A DNA stretch of 64,000 nt, taken from positions 1,440,001 through 1,504,000 of the forward strand of contig CAXXYH010000004.1 in NCBI GenBank assembly GCA_963677925.2. Reading direction: 5' to 3'. The notes under the pieces are model-generated. The model made no database searches, was not told the DNA's origin, and worked only from the letters and a program-made list of their open reading frames with translations. The position numbers were made by a program, and so were the translations under genes. Source of the DNA: Spirochaetia bacterium (lineage in GTDB: Bacteria > Spirochaetota > Spirochaetia > UBA9216). Shown here piece by piece: positions 1-9,404 of this stretch (positions within the stretch are counted from its first letter, which is position 1; each line of letters opens with the position of its first letter).

Positions 1-405
1 ATCGCAGAAATAAAAATAGATACATCAAATCCTGAAATCTTTATAAAACAGGGTGCATTCGGTGCAGTTTTTAATAAACTCGCAAGGCTTACCAAAGATG
101 AATACTTCCAGGTCCGGACTGAGAGTGTTGCGGCAGGTGTGCGCGGGACCTCATTCTTTGTTAAGGTTATTGATGCTGATAGCACCTATGTCTGTGCCTG
201 CAATGGAAGCCTCAATCTGACTGATCCTGCAGGCAGTGAGTCTGTTCCTCTTGAATCAGCACATCATAAGGCTGTTTATTTTAAAAATGACGGGGGAAAG
301 ACTGTCGTAGAATCAGCTCCGCTTCTGTATCATAATGATGATGACATGGAGGCTCTTGCATCGGTAATAGAAGCAAAGATAGACTGGGGAGACTCCTCCT
401 ACTGA
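1..405 (+). CDS. FecR-domain protein, 3' part (truncated by window start)
   Basis: Frame 1 is open from base 1 to TGA at 403-405; contains FecR-like motif FQVRTESVAAGVRGTSFFV. Confidence 0.65.
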   Translation: MAEIKIDTSNPEIFIKQGAFGAVFNKLARLTKDEYFQVRTESVAAGVRGTSFFVKVIDADSTYVCACNGSLNLTDPAGSESVPLESAHHKAVYFKNDGGKTVVESAPLLYHNDDDMEALASVIEAKIDWGDSSY

Positions 406-437
406 TTTATTTCATCAATTTCTGATATTATCAGTCC

Positions 438-1118
438 ATGAGCTATAAAGGTATTATTCTCGATTTTAACGGAACGCTTGTCTGGGATACTCCTCTTCAT
501 CAGGAGGGCTGGATAAAATTCTGTGCTGATTTCGGTATGAGGCTGACTGAAAAAGATTACCTTAATACTGTTCACGGTAGAACAACCGAGGATATTCTGA
601 GTCGTCTTTTTGACCGCCCTATAATGGGTGATGAACTGTATGAACTTTCCGAGAAGAAAGAAGCTGCATACAGGGCGGCTTGTATTGAGCACCCCGAGAT
701 CTACAGATTAGCACCGGGAGTGGAGAATTTTCTCAACTTTTTACATGAATTCGAAATCCCGGCAACAATTGCTACAGGTTCGGATCCTATTAATCTTAAT
801 TTCTTTATTGAATCGCTCAGACTGGATAAATGGTTTAATACGGATCTTTTTTTATGCAATGACGGCAGTGTCAAAAATAAACCTGAACCTGATATTTACG
901 TACTTGCAGCTGAGAAACTGGGGCTTAGACCTGAACAGACTGTTATAGTAGAGGATACCTACTACGGTGCTTTATCAGCCTCAAAGGCGGGAGCCGGGTA
1001 TCTCATAATATCGGGCCCGGCGGAGCATCATCATGAGAATTTCAATTCTGTACCCGGAATAAGCCAGTATATCTCAGATTTCAGTCAGATAGACAGGAAC
1101 CTTTTTTACAAACGCTAA
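438..1118 (+). CDS. HAD-family phosphatase (beta-phosphoglucomutase-like)
   Basis: HAD motif I DFNGTLVWD, KPEPDIY and IVEDT motifs. Confidence 0.85.
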   Translation: MSYKGIILDFNGTLVWDTPLHQEGWIKFCADFGMRLTEKDYLNTVHGRTTEDILSRLFDRPIMGDELYELSEKKEAAYRAACIEHPEIYRLAPGVENFLNFLHEFEIPATIATGSDPINLNFFIESLRLDKWFNTDLFLCNDGSVKNKPEPDIYVLAAEKLGLRPEQTVIVEDTYYGALSASKAGAGYLIISGPAEHHHENFNSVPGISQYISDFSQIDRNLFYKR

Positions 1119-2458
1119 AGGTATTCCGGATTATTCCTTATCCTCTCAACGCAGGTATTAAGTATTCCAAGCTCCCAGGCCAAATCCAGTATTGTATAGC
1201 GGTTGCGCAGGCATTGTGCGTTGTAGTATGTGTCCACAGCCTTGTTCCGGTCGAGGTTTATATCTGCAGGTTTGACCGGGCAGCCGGCAGCATTCAGCAT
1301 TTTCTTCATCGTCGGGTAATCCGGCAGCTTTGCTCTGACTTTGCTCCGCAGGCTGTCCCAGTTATCCCTAATCTTCTGCAGCCTGGTTTCAATCTCAGAT
1401 TCCGGGGTGTATTTCGCCCTGTTCAAAGCGATGTATTCCTCCCATGACGGAAGGTGGTTCATAAGCTCTGTTACTTCCCTGTCCCGCATTTCCGGGGTAG
1501 GGTAGGCAGCTCTTATCCCGGCAACATCAATATCGGAACTATCCATTTTAAAAACTTCATCATAGAGGGCGGCAACACACATGATTCCAACTGATACCTG
1601 AAAACCGTGCGAAACCGGATTACCGTCTGCTCCGGTATGGCCGTTCATTTCCCATACATGGCTGTACATATGCTCGGCTCCTGATGCGGCCCTCGAGCGT
1701 CCCAGTACCTGCATTGCCAGTCCGCTGAAGTTCAGTCCCTCAAATACTCTTGAAAGCGCTTCGCTGTCTCCGGCTCCCGCCTTTTCAGGTTCCGAGAGCC
1801 AGCGGTCAAGGTTCGGCTGTACGATATCCCACACGAACTGATCAACAGGATCGTTACCGGTAAAATCCGCCAGAATCCAGTCTGCCCCAGCGGTAATCTT
1901 GCTGGCAAGATCTCCGAAGCCCGCAGCGGAGGCTTTAAGCGGGGCGGTCGACAGAATTTCCGGATCGGCGAGAATTACAGCCGGTGCCGGACATTCGAGT
2001 GTCTGTTTCCGTCCGTTTTTTACAAGGGCTGCTCCTGAGGAACAGTAGCCGTCCATTGAAGCAGCTGTTCCAATACAGAAGTATGCCCTGCCAAGTTCAA
2101 AAGATGCTCTTTTTACCAGGTCGTTGACTGTTCCCGAACCGACGGCCACCAGTATGCAGTCTGATGACCCCGATGCTGCCGAAGCTGCTGCAATTATTTC
2201 CTGAACATGGGAATAATCAGCATGGAGCATGGGAGGAACAGAATATATCACAGGTTCAGCCAGCGGTATCCCTGCATCCTCCATCCTGCTGAAAACGGAT
2301 TTTCCTGCAACGTTCCATGTATTGCTGTCTGCAACGAGCATAGCCATAGAGCCGGGCCAGTGCTTTTTAAACAGCTCAGCTGACCTGCTGATACTCCCGT
2401 TTTCAATTAAAAGTTCTTTGGTTTCTTTTACCGTCTTCAATATGCTTTCAAGGTTCAT
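1115..2458 (-). CDS. sn-glycerol-1-phosphate dehydrogenase family protein (AraM/EgsA-like)
   Basis: GSGTVNDLVK, TAASMDGYCS, ASGAEHMYSH and HGFQV motifs. Confidence 0.8.
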   Translation of the reverse strand: MNLESILKTVKETKELLIENGSISRSAELFKKHWPGSMAMLVADSNTWNVAGKSVFSRMEDAGIPLAEPVIYSVPPMLHADYSHVQEIIAAASAASGSSDCILVAVGSGTVNDLVKRASFELGRAYFCIGTAASMDGYCSSGAALVKNGRKQTLECPAPAVILADPEILSTAPLKASAAGFGDLASKITAGADWILADFTGNDPVDQFVWDIVQPNLDRWLSEPEKAGAGDSEALSRVFEGLNFSGLAMQVLGRSRAASGAEHMYSHVWEMNGHTGADGNPVSHGFQVSVGIMCVAALYDEVFKMDSSDIDVAGIRAAYPTPEMRDREVTELMNHLPSWEEYIALNRAKYTPESEIETRLQKIRDNWDSLRSKVRAKLPDYPTMKKMLNAAGCPVKPADINLDRNKAVDTYYNAQCLRNRYTILDLAWELGILNTCVERIRNNPEYL

Positions 2459-2526
2459 TGTGATATAATAACATTGTAGATTTAGTTTTAAAAATACATT
2501 TCGTATAATTTTCAGGAGAATAAAAC

Positions 2527-4176
2527 ATGTTCAAAGGATCCCTGGGAGATGCGCTGCAAATAACAGTTTCTGTAAGCTGTTTAACAGTACTTCTTCTTTC
2601 ATCAGTTGTATATACACTTTTCTACGCCAGAACAAGAGAGAAGAGCTTCTTTTCCGGAACGCTGATGACCCTTGATGTTGCTGTTTTTGTTCTTTTTGAA
2701 ATCCTTATTATGGTGCAGGGATGGTATGGCAATACTGTTTTGGGCCGGTACTTTCACCGTTACGAACAGATCACTATTTTTATACTTTATTTCCTGCTTC
2801 CCTATTTTTTATATACATCATTTCCGGCCAGAGGCCTGATGAACGGTTTTCTGAAAATATTTATGTGGTTCGGTATAGCCTCTGGAATCTTTTTTACAGC
2901 TGTGACTCTTGTTAAACCCGAGTTGATGATTTCAGTCACAGATGCATCAACTACTCCTCCGCTGACCCCGGGTGATTTTACACGAGGCCTCGAGGGCCCG
3001 ATGTATATGTTCCGGGACATCTTTCTGGCGGTATTCATTGTTGTCTCTCTTGTCTATTCAATTTCCTATACTGTAAAGGATAGGGGCCAGCTTAAAAGCC
3101 TTATGCTCATGCTTGGGATTGTCTGTTCTATGCTCGGCGGGATCGATGATCTCCAGTATTTTTATACTGAAAGGAACTTTTTCTTCAACGGACTGAGGTT
3201 TTCCAGGTTCACTTTCGGCTCGACTCTGATGATGCTGTTCTTTCTTTCTGCAGTTTTTATCGATTATTTTTCAACTCACAATAAACTTTTAAAAAGTAAT
3301 CAAAGTCTTAGACTTACTGAGAGCCGATACAAGCTGCTGCTTGAAGTAGCTGAAGAAATTGTCTTTTCACTTTCACCTGAACTTGAGATTATTTCATCTA
3401 ACCAGAAGGGCGAAAAACTCTTTGAACTTGGAGATGAACCGGTGAACTTTCTGAACTGCATATATAAATCGGATGTGGAGTCGGAGATTAATAACCAGTT
3501 TATTCATGAACAGCTGATGAATCTCAGGGAGCCGGGCAGCCGGACTTCATTTAATACCTATCTGAGGGATCCTGTAACTTTTGAGCCGGTTGAATATCAT
3601 TTCAGATTTGACTGTTTTCAGGCTGAGAGTCTCGAACTCATCGGCAGAGCCTGGCCGGCCTCCGGGTCCAGTCTTTCAGGATTTGTTGATAACGAACGGC
3701 TTTCGCTGACAGTTGATAATTATGTTGTCCTTGTCGGGGATGTTGTTGACCGGCTTACATCCAATCTCAAAAAATACCTTGAAAAGTCTGATATCATGAT
3801 GGTTAAAATGGGGCTTCAGGAGATGATTGTTAATGCAATGGAGCATGGAAATCTTGATGTTTCATTTGATGAGAAAACAAGAGCTCAGGAGGACGGCCGG
3901 CTTTTTGATTTTATGAAGGAAAAGAGGCAGAATCCCGAGTGCCGTGATCGAAAGGTGATTATTGACTACTCTCTTGATGATAAGAAGGTTATCTACCGTA
4001 TAACGGATATGGGGAAGGGTTTTGACTATGCCAAAATCATGGAAAGAGTTAAGAATGAGGTTAACCAGCAGGGACTTCTGCATGGACGGGGAATTCTCAT
4101 GACCAGTGCTGTTTTTGACCGGATGGAATATAATAAAAAGGGAAACCAGGTTCTGCTGGTGAAACAGTTAATTTAG
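2527..4176 (+). CDS. Membrane sensor with PAS-like domain and RsbW/SpoIIAB-type HATPase domain
   Basis: About 7 hydrophobic segments in the first ~250 aa, coiled coil ESRYKLLLE, then EMIVNAMEHGN / DMGKGF / HGRGI boxes; no HisKA H-box seen. Confidence 0.7.
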   Translation: MFKGSLGDALQITVSVSCLTVLLLSSVVYTLFYARTREKSFFSGTLMTLDVAVFVLFEILIMVQGWYGNTVLGRYFHRYEQITIFILYFLLPYFLYTSFPARGLMNGFLKIFMWFGIASGIFFTAVTLVKPELMISVTDASTTPPLTPGDFTRGLEGPMYMFRDIFLAVFIVVSLVYSISYTVKDRGQLKSLMLMLGIVCSMLGGIDDLQYFYTERNFFFNGLRFSRFTFGSTLMMLFFLSAVFIDYFSTHNKLLKSNQSLRLTESRYKLLLEVAEEIVFSLSPELEIISSNQKGEKLFELGDEPVNFLNCIYKSDVESEINNQFIHEQLMNLREPGSRTSFNTYLRDPVTFEPVEYHFRFDCFQAESLELIGRAWPASGSSLSGFVDNERLSLTVDNYVVLVGDVVDRLTSNLKKYLEKSDIMMVKMGLQEMIVNAMEHGNLDVSFDEKTRAQEDGRLFDFMKEKRQNPECRDRKVIIDYSLDDKKVIYRITDMGKGFDYAKIMERVKNEVNQQGLLHGRGILMTSAVFDRMEYNKKGNQVLLVKQLI

Positions 4177-4186
4177 GAGATTATTT

Positions 4187-4756
4187 ATGAAAGTCACTGC
4201 ATTTAACGGAAGCCCGAGAAAGAATGGAAATACCGCTGCAATGCTTAATCAGGTGCTAGGGGTCCTGGCAGGAAAGGGGTTTGAAACTGAGCTCTACCAG
4301 CTGGGAGGCAGGCTTATCCGAGGATGTAACGCATGTGACTGGTGTAAGACTCATCCTGAAAAACGCTGTGTTTTTGATGATGACTGCATTAATGAATGCA
4401 TAAGTAAAATGGACGAATCTGATGTCATTCTTATCGGTTCCCCGACATATTTTTCTTCCATGACTGCAGAAACAAAGGCTCTTATAGATCGTGCCGGCCG
4501 AATCTGCCGTGCCCAGGGACTGCTTAGAAGGAAAATCGGAGCCTCTGTCAGTCCTGCAAGAAGAGCGGGCACCATGAATGTCTTTCATTCAGTTAACAAC
4601 TTCTTTTTAATTCAGGAAATGATTGTTCCCGGCTCAACTTACTGGAATGTCAGCCTTTCAACAGCGGAAGGTGATTTTGCTGAAGATACTGAAGCTGTAA
4701 ATGTTATGAATGCCCTGGCCGAAAACATTTTTTGGCTGGCTGAAAAAATACGCTGA
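4187..4756 (+). CDS. Flavodoxin family protein (iron-sulfur flavoprotein / multimeric flavodoxin-like)
   Basis: NGSPRKNGNT, CxxCxxC...C, GSPTYF and KALIDR motifs; RBS AGGAG. Confidence 0.85.
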   Translation: MKVTAFNGSPRKNGNTAAMLNQVLGVLAGKGFETELYQLGGRLIRGCNACDWCKTHPEKRCVFDDDCINECISKMDESDVILIGSPTYFSSMTAETKALIDRAGRICRAQGLLRRKIGASVSPARRAGTMNVFHSVNNFFLIQEMIVPGSTYWNVSLSTAEGDFAEDTEAVNVMNALAENIFWLAEKIR

Positions 4757-4864
4757 GCGGTATAAATCAGTTGTTTTTATAGCTTAAGAATTAAATTATT
4801 CCAAAAATACAACTCATATACACTCTGTTCTTGTATAAAAATGTACATAGATGTGAAATTTTTG

Positions 4865-4893
4865 TTGACATATACTTAAAGTCCTCACATAAT
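4865..4893 (+). promoter_or_regulatory. sigma70-type promoter of sugar operon
   Basis: TTGACA (4865-4870), 17 bp spacer, CATAAT (4888-4893). Confidence 0.75.
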
Positions 4894-4895
4894 AA

Positions 4896-4909
4896 TTGAA
4901 ACGTTTCAA
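4896..4909. promoter_or_regulatory. LacI-family operator
   Basis: Perfect 14-bp palindrome TTGAAACGTTTCAA with central CG, just downstream of the -10 and upstream of a LacI gene. Confidence 0.8.
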
Positions 4910-4940
4910 AATACGATTCATTAAATTCGATGGTGTAGGA

Positions 4941-7172
4941 ATGAGTACCATAAAAGATGTTGCAAAACTGGCCGGAGTATCACTGGGAACTGTATCCAAT
5001 GTGCTTAATGCACGGAATGCTGTTAACCCCGAGAAAGTAAGGCGGGTTCAGGAAGCAATAGAAAAGCTGAATTACAAACCCCATGAAGCTGCCCGCAGCC
5101 TGAAAACCAGCAGAACTATGAATGTAGGTGTGGTTCTGCCTGATATCATTGACCCCGTCAAATCAGCAATATTTACGGGTGTTGAAAGAGTTCTCTCCCA
5201 GCACGGCTATACGGTAAGTCTGTATACTACATCTGATATCCCTGCGAAAGAGAATGCTGTTATCGAGAGAATTCTCAATCTGCGTACCGACGGTCTCATT
5301 ATTTCAACATGTCAGCCTGAAAATATACAGGTTTTTGAACAGCTTGCTGAATCAGGTACTGCGCTTACCTTTATTGAAAGAGCGGCCAAGGAAGGCGAAT
5401 ACCATCTTGTGGAGTTCGATAACTACAGTTCTGTATTCAGAACAGCATCGGAAATTATTGAAAGCGGAATTACAGATATTCTGCTTATTACCGGACCTTC
5501 GCAGTATTCAAATGAACAGCAGTGTATTGATGCATACAGGAAAGCCTGTTCTGAAGCAGGTAATGCTAATATTAAATCAGCTGTACTTTCTATAAATTAC
5601 AATAAGGAAAACTCATTCAGACATTTCACAAAATATCTGCAGAGAAATTCACTTCCAGGTGCCGTAATATGTACCGGTACTCCTCTCGTTCATGGAGTAA
5701 TTAAAGCCCTTGATATGCAGGCAGTTGAGCATGAATCTCTTCCGCAGCTTTATTCTCTGTCCGAGGAAAACTGGGCGGAAGTTCCTGTAGGCGATTTTTT
5801 CAGGATTGCAAGAAGGCCGATTACGCTGGGAGAAAAAGCTGCCGAGCTTCTGCTTGAGGAAATCGAAAGCAACACGGCATTCGATTCAAAACATCTGAAA
5901 ATTAGAAATATGCCTGCAGAAGATAATACCGGTAAAAACATCCATTCAGGTTCAGAGGGGAATACCTCACTAAAGATCCTGATGCTTAACAGTCCTTCAT
6001 TCCGTGCTCTCAAAAATCTCGTTCCCGACTTCAGGAAAAAATACGGAATAGATCTGCAATTCGACAGTTTTGAATACAGTGAGCTTTCCTCGATAATTAA
6101 TGATCCTGAGCTTAGAAATAAATTTGATGTTTTTCAGGTCGATATCCCATGGCTTACAGAACTCGCCCAGAGCGGAGCCCTTCTGAATCTTTCCGGGTAT
6201 ATCGAGAATATAGAACCTATCGCTGATACCTTTATTCCGGGAGTTCTTTCGGCATATTCAGAATATGAGGACGGTATTTATGCAATGCCGTTTATGTTCG
6301 GAACACAGCTGCTGTATTACAGGCGGGACCTCTTTGATGACCCTTCAAATAAACTCATGTTCCGTGAAAAATATGGTTTTGATCTCAATATCCCGAAGAC
6401 ATGGGCTGAATACAATCTTATCTCCGAATTTTTTACCCGGAGTATAAACCCCGAATCACCGGTCATGTACGGAACAACTCTGGGCGGTAAAATATACAGC
6501 GGTGCCGTCTGTGAATTTCTTCCGCGAATGTGGGCGTACGGCGGGGAGATTCTGGATAAGAACGGGCGTGCTGCTCATGATCGTTCAGCAATAGTCAAAG
6601 CCCTCAAGATCTATACAGAAAGCTACAGGTATGCTCATCCTGATTCCGCAGATTACTGGTGGGATGAACAGGTCCATGAGTTTATTTCCGGAAATGCTGC
6701 AATGATGATTCTATTTATTGCCCATGCTACAGATCTTGCCGATCTTACTGATTCCGATATTGTCGGAAAAATCGGTTACGATGTAATTCCAGGAGGCTGT
6801 CCAATGCTTGGGGGCTGGTCTATAGCGGTCAATTCAGAATCAGAGAACAAGGATGAGGCTATAGACTTCATTAAATGGGCGGTTTCCAAGGAACTGGCTA
6901 TTCCTCAGACTATTTTAGGCGGGTCAACAGCTTCAATATCACTGTACAAGAGTTCCGAGCTTCTATCAATCTACCCATGGCTGCCCAAGGCTCTGGAGAG
7001 TTTTAAGACAAGCAGAAAGAGAGATATCTCTAAAATTACCACACACGGAAAACTTTCAGAAAAAGATTTTGAAATCATCCTCGGTGAGGCAATTCACAAA
7101 TCAGTTAGAGGTGAACTATCTCCTGAAGCCGCCGTTGAAGAAGCATTTACAAAGATCGAGCTGAAGCTCTAA
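4941..7172 (+). CDS. LacI-family regulator fused to a family-1 solute-binding-protein domain
   Basis: ATG at 4941 gives MSTIKDVAKLAGVSLGTVS (LacI HTH); effector domain to ~aa 320; then SBP-like DVFQVDIPWL, YAMPFMFGTQLLYYRRDLF, GGWSIAVN. The track start at 4896 lies inside the operator. Confidence 0.85.
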   Translation: MSTIKDVAKLAGVSLGTVSNVLNARNAVNPEKVRRVQEAIEKLNYKPHEAARSLKTSRTMNVGVVLPDIIDPVKSAIFTGVERVLSQHGYTVSLYTTSDIPAKENAVIERILNLRTDGLIISTCQPENIQVFEQLAESGTALTFIERAAKEGEYHLVEFDNYSSVFRTASEIIESGITDILLITGPSQYSNEQQCIDAYRKACSEAGNANIKSAVLSINYNKENSFRHFTKYLQRNSLPGAVICTGTPLVHGVIKALDMQAVEHESLPQLYSLSEENWAEVPVGDFFRIARRPITLGEKAAELLLEEIESNTAFDSKHLKIRNMPAEDNTGKNIHSGSEGNTSLKILMLNSPSFRALKNLVPDFRKKYGIDLQFDSFEYSELSSIINDPELRNKFDVFQVDIPWLTELAQSGALLNLSGYIENIEPIADTFIPGVLSAYSEYEDGIYAMPFMFGTQLLYYRRDLFDDPSNKLMFREKYGFDLNIPKTWAEYNLISEFFTRSINPESPVMYGTTLGGKIYSGAVCEFLPRMWAYGGEILDKNGRAAHDRSAIVKALKIYTESYRYAHPDSADYWWDEQVHEFISGNAAMMILFIAHATDLADLTDSDIVGKIGYDVIPGGCPMLGGWSIAVNSESENKDEAIDFIKWAVSKELAIPQTILGGSTASISLYKSSELLSIYPWLPKALESFKTSRKRDISKITTHGKLSEKDFEIILGEAIHKSVRGELSPEAAVEEAFTKIELKL

Positions 7173-7223
7173 TCAGGTTTAAATACATTCTGAGAATGTT
7201 AAAAATAATGAACAGGAGGATTT

Positions 7224-8336
7224 ATGGCAAAAGCAGATTTTGACCTGGATCTCAATATTGATCCAGAGATGCCAAAACGCAAAGATTACCGAATCGGCTG
7301 TGTCGGTGCAGGTTTTATAATGCGTGACTGTCATCTGGTTGCCTATCGTGATGCAGGATTTAATCCAGTAGCCATTGCGTCAAGAACCAGGGCAAATGCA
7401 GATGCTGTAGCTCAGATGCACAGCATTCCGACAGTCTACGACAGCTGGCAGGCACTTGTTAAGGATCCGGAAATTGAGGTACTTGATATAGCATACCCGC
7501 CGGATCAGCAGCTTGAAATTATAAAGGCTGCCGTAAAAGAAAGTTCCCATATAAAGGGTATTCTTACACAGAAGCCGATCGCAATGAATCTTGATGAGGC
7601 TGTACAGATTGTAAAGCTTTGCAAGGATGCCGGCATCAAGCTGGCGGTTAATTCAAATATGCGGTATGACCAGTCAATCAGGGCTCTAAAGACGGTTCTT
7701 GACCGCGGATATCTTGGAGAACCGGTACTTGCTACAATTGACATGAGAGCAATACCGCACTGGCAGAAATTTCTTACGAAATATGACCGGATTGAAATCC
7801 TTAACATGGGTGTACACCACCTTGATGCATTCAGGTACCTTTTTGGTGATCCCGAAAAAATTACAGCGGTTACCAGAAAAGACCCGAGAACCACATTCGA
7901 GCACATCGACGGAATTTCCCAGGTTACATACAAGTATGCCAATGATTTTATGGCAACTACCCTTGATGATGTCTGGGCCGGACCAACCGAGGGCGCAGAA
8001 CAGGATTACTACATCAGGTGGCGTGTTGAAGGTACAGACGGAATAGCACAGGGTACAATAAACTGGTTTGCTCCAAGTCCGACTCCAAGCACAATTGATT
8101 TCACCACAAAGCAGTTTCCTAATCAATGGTTCAAACCAAGATGGAACAAGTTCTGGTTTCCCGATGCCTTCCAGGGAACAATGGCGCAGCTTTTAAGGGC
8201 TATTGAAGATGACTGTGAACCTGAAATAAGCGGAACAGACAATCTCAGGACACTGGCCGTGGTTGATGCAAGCTACCTTTCAATTAAAGAGGAAAGAACA
8301 GTAAAACTCGAAGAGATACTGTCAAAAATAAATTAG
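7224..8336 (+). CDS. Gfo/Idh/MocA family oxidoreductase
   Basis: RIGCVGAGFI Rossmann motif, QKPIA, MGVHHLD; RBS AGGAGG. Confidence 0.9.
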   Translation: MAKADFDLDLNIDPEMPKRKDYRIGCVGAGFIMRDCHLVAYRDAGFNPVAIASRTRANADAVAQMHSIPTVYDSWQALVKDPEIEVLDIAYPPDQQLEIIKAAVKESSHIKGILTQKPIAMNLDEAVQIVKLCKDAGIKLAVNSNMRYDQSIRALKTVLDRGYLGEPVLATIDMRAIPHWQKFLTKYDRIEILNMGVHHLDAFRYLFGDPEKITAVTRKDPRTTFEHIDGISQVTYKYANDFMATTLDDVWAGPTEGAEQDYYIRWRVEGTDGIAQGTINWFAPSPTPSTIDFTTKQFPNQWFKPRWNKFWFPDAFQGTMAQLLRAIEDDCEPEISGTDNLRTLAVVDASYLSIKEERTVKLEEILSKIN

Positions 8337-8346
8337 GAGATATTAA

Positions 8347-9249
8347 ATGCTTTCAGTAGGAATTTTTAACGGTTATTTTCCGTACACACTTGATAAGTCA
8401 ATTAAATGCCTTAAAGACAACGGCTTCCAGACTGTTCAGCTGGATCTGTCTTTTAAAGACATTGACTTTTCCGCGGGAAATATAACAAAGCAGAACTGCC
8501 ATAAAGTAAGAGATGCTTTCAGGGATGCAAATCTTCCGGTTTGCGCAATTTCAGGATATACCAATATTATTCATCCTGACCTTGATGAAAGAAAAAGAAG
8601 AGTTGATTACCTTAAAGAAATAATCAGAAATGCAAGGGATCTTGGTACTCCGTATGTAATTTCAGAAACAGGAACATATAATACCGAGAGTGACTGGGTT
8701 CACCATCCTAAAAACAAAACAGAAGAAGGCTATGAGGAATGCGTGAAGGTAATCTCCGAGCTTGTTCAGGAAGCCTATGATCACGGTGCTGTTTTTCTGG
8801 TAGAAAACTATGTTAACAACGTAATCGGTTCAATAGATGAAGTGAACAGACTCTTTACCGACATCAATCATCCTGCAATGGGACTGCTGATGGATCCCAC
8901 AAACTATTTTGATGACTCAAATATCGATCATATGGATCTGACACTTAACAGGATATTTGATTCCGTAGCAGACAAGATAAAAATTGCACATGCCAAAGAT
9001 TGTAAAAGGGCCGAGAATACTGTTGAAAAACATGCCGACCTTGATGCGTCAGAAGCTCATACATTCAGAGGCGCAGGTGCTGTAGAACTTCCGGCTCCCG
9101 GAACAGGTTCACTTAATTACGAACTCTACTTTAAGAGACTGTCAAAGTTATATCCGAATATTCCGGTCATAATTGAACATCTTGAGGAAGACTATATTCC
9201 TACTGCAAAGAAATTTGTTGACGGAGTACTGAAGAAAGTAGGGTGCTAA
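8347..9249 (+). CDS. Sugar phosphate isomerase/epimerase (xylose isomerase-like TIM barrel)
   Basis: VEN, MDPTN, AHAKD, PGTGSLNY and IIEH metal-ligand pattern. Confidence 0.85.
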   Translation: MLSVGIFNGYFPYTLDKSIKCLKDNGFQTVQLDLSFKDIDFSAGNITKQNCHKVRDAFRDANLPVCAISGYTNIIHPDLDERKRRVDYLKEIIRNARDLGTPYVISETGTYNTESDWVHHPKNKTEEGYEECVKVISELVQEAYDHGAVFLVENYVNNVIGSIDEVNRLFTDINHPAMGLLMDPTNYFDDSNIDHMDLTLNRIFDSVADKIKIAHAKDCKRAENTVEKHADLDASEAHTFRGAGAVELPAPGTGSLNYELYFKRLSKLYPNIPVIIEHLEEDYIPTAKKFVDGVLKKVGC

Positions 9250-9404
9250 AATGAAATTAAACTGGAACATCGCCGTCCTGTACGCGACTGCTTCATGCGG
9301 GAACATGGTAGAGCAGACAGCATACAGAACAACGAAGAATTAAGACCCTTCATTATAGCTGTTCCAGTTGAAAAATTCAATCTACTCAATATTTGGAGGA
9401 GTGT

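Noticed and set aside
1115-2458. G1P dehydrogenase as evidence of archaeal-type lipid synthesis
   Set aside because: AraM-like homologs are common in bacteria and no GGGP synthase or related gene is in the window
4896-4940. Track start (TTG 4896) for the LacI fusion
   Set aside because: It lies within the operator immediately after the -10 box; the LacI HTH begins at ATG 4941
9251-9343. 30-codon ORF as a leader peptide
   Set aside because: No clear RBS, no regulatory codon run and no attenuator U-tract; better explained as part of an RNA structure
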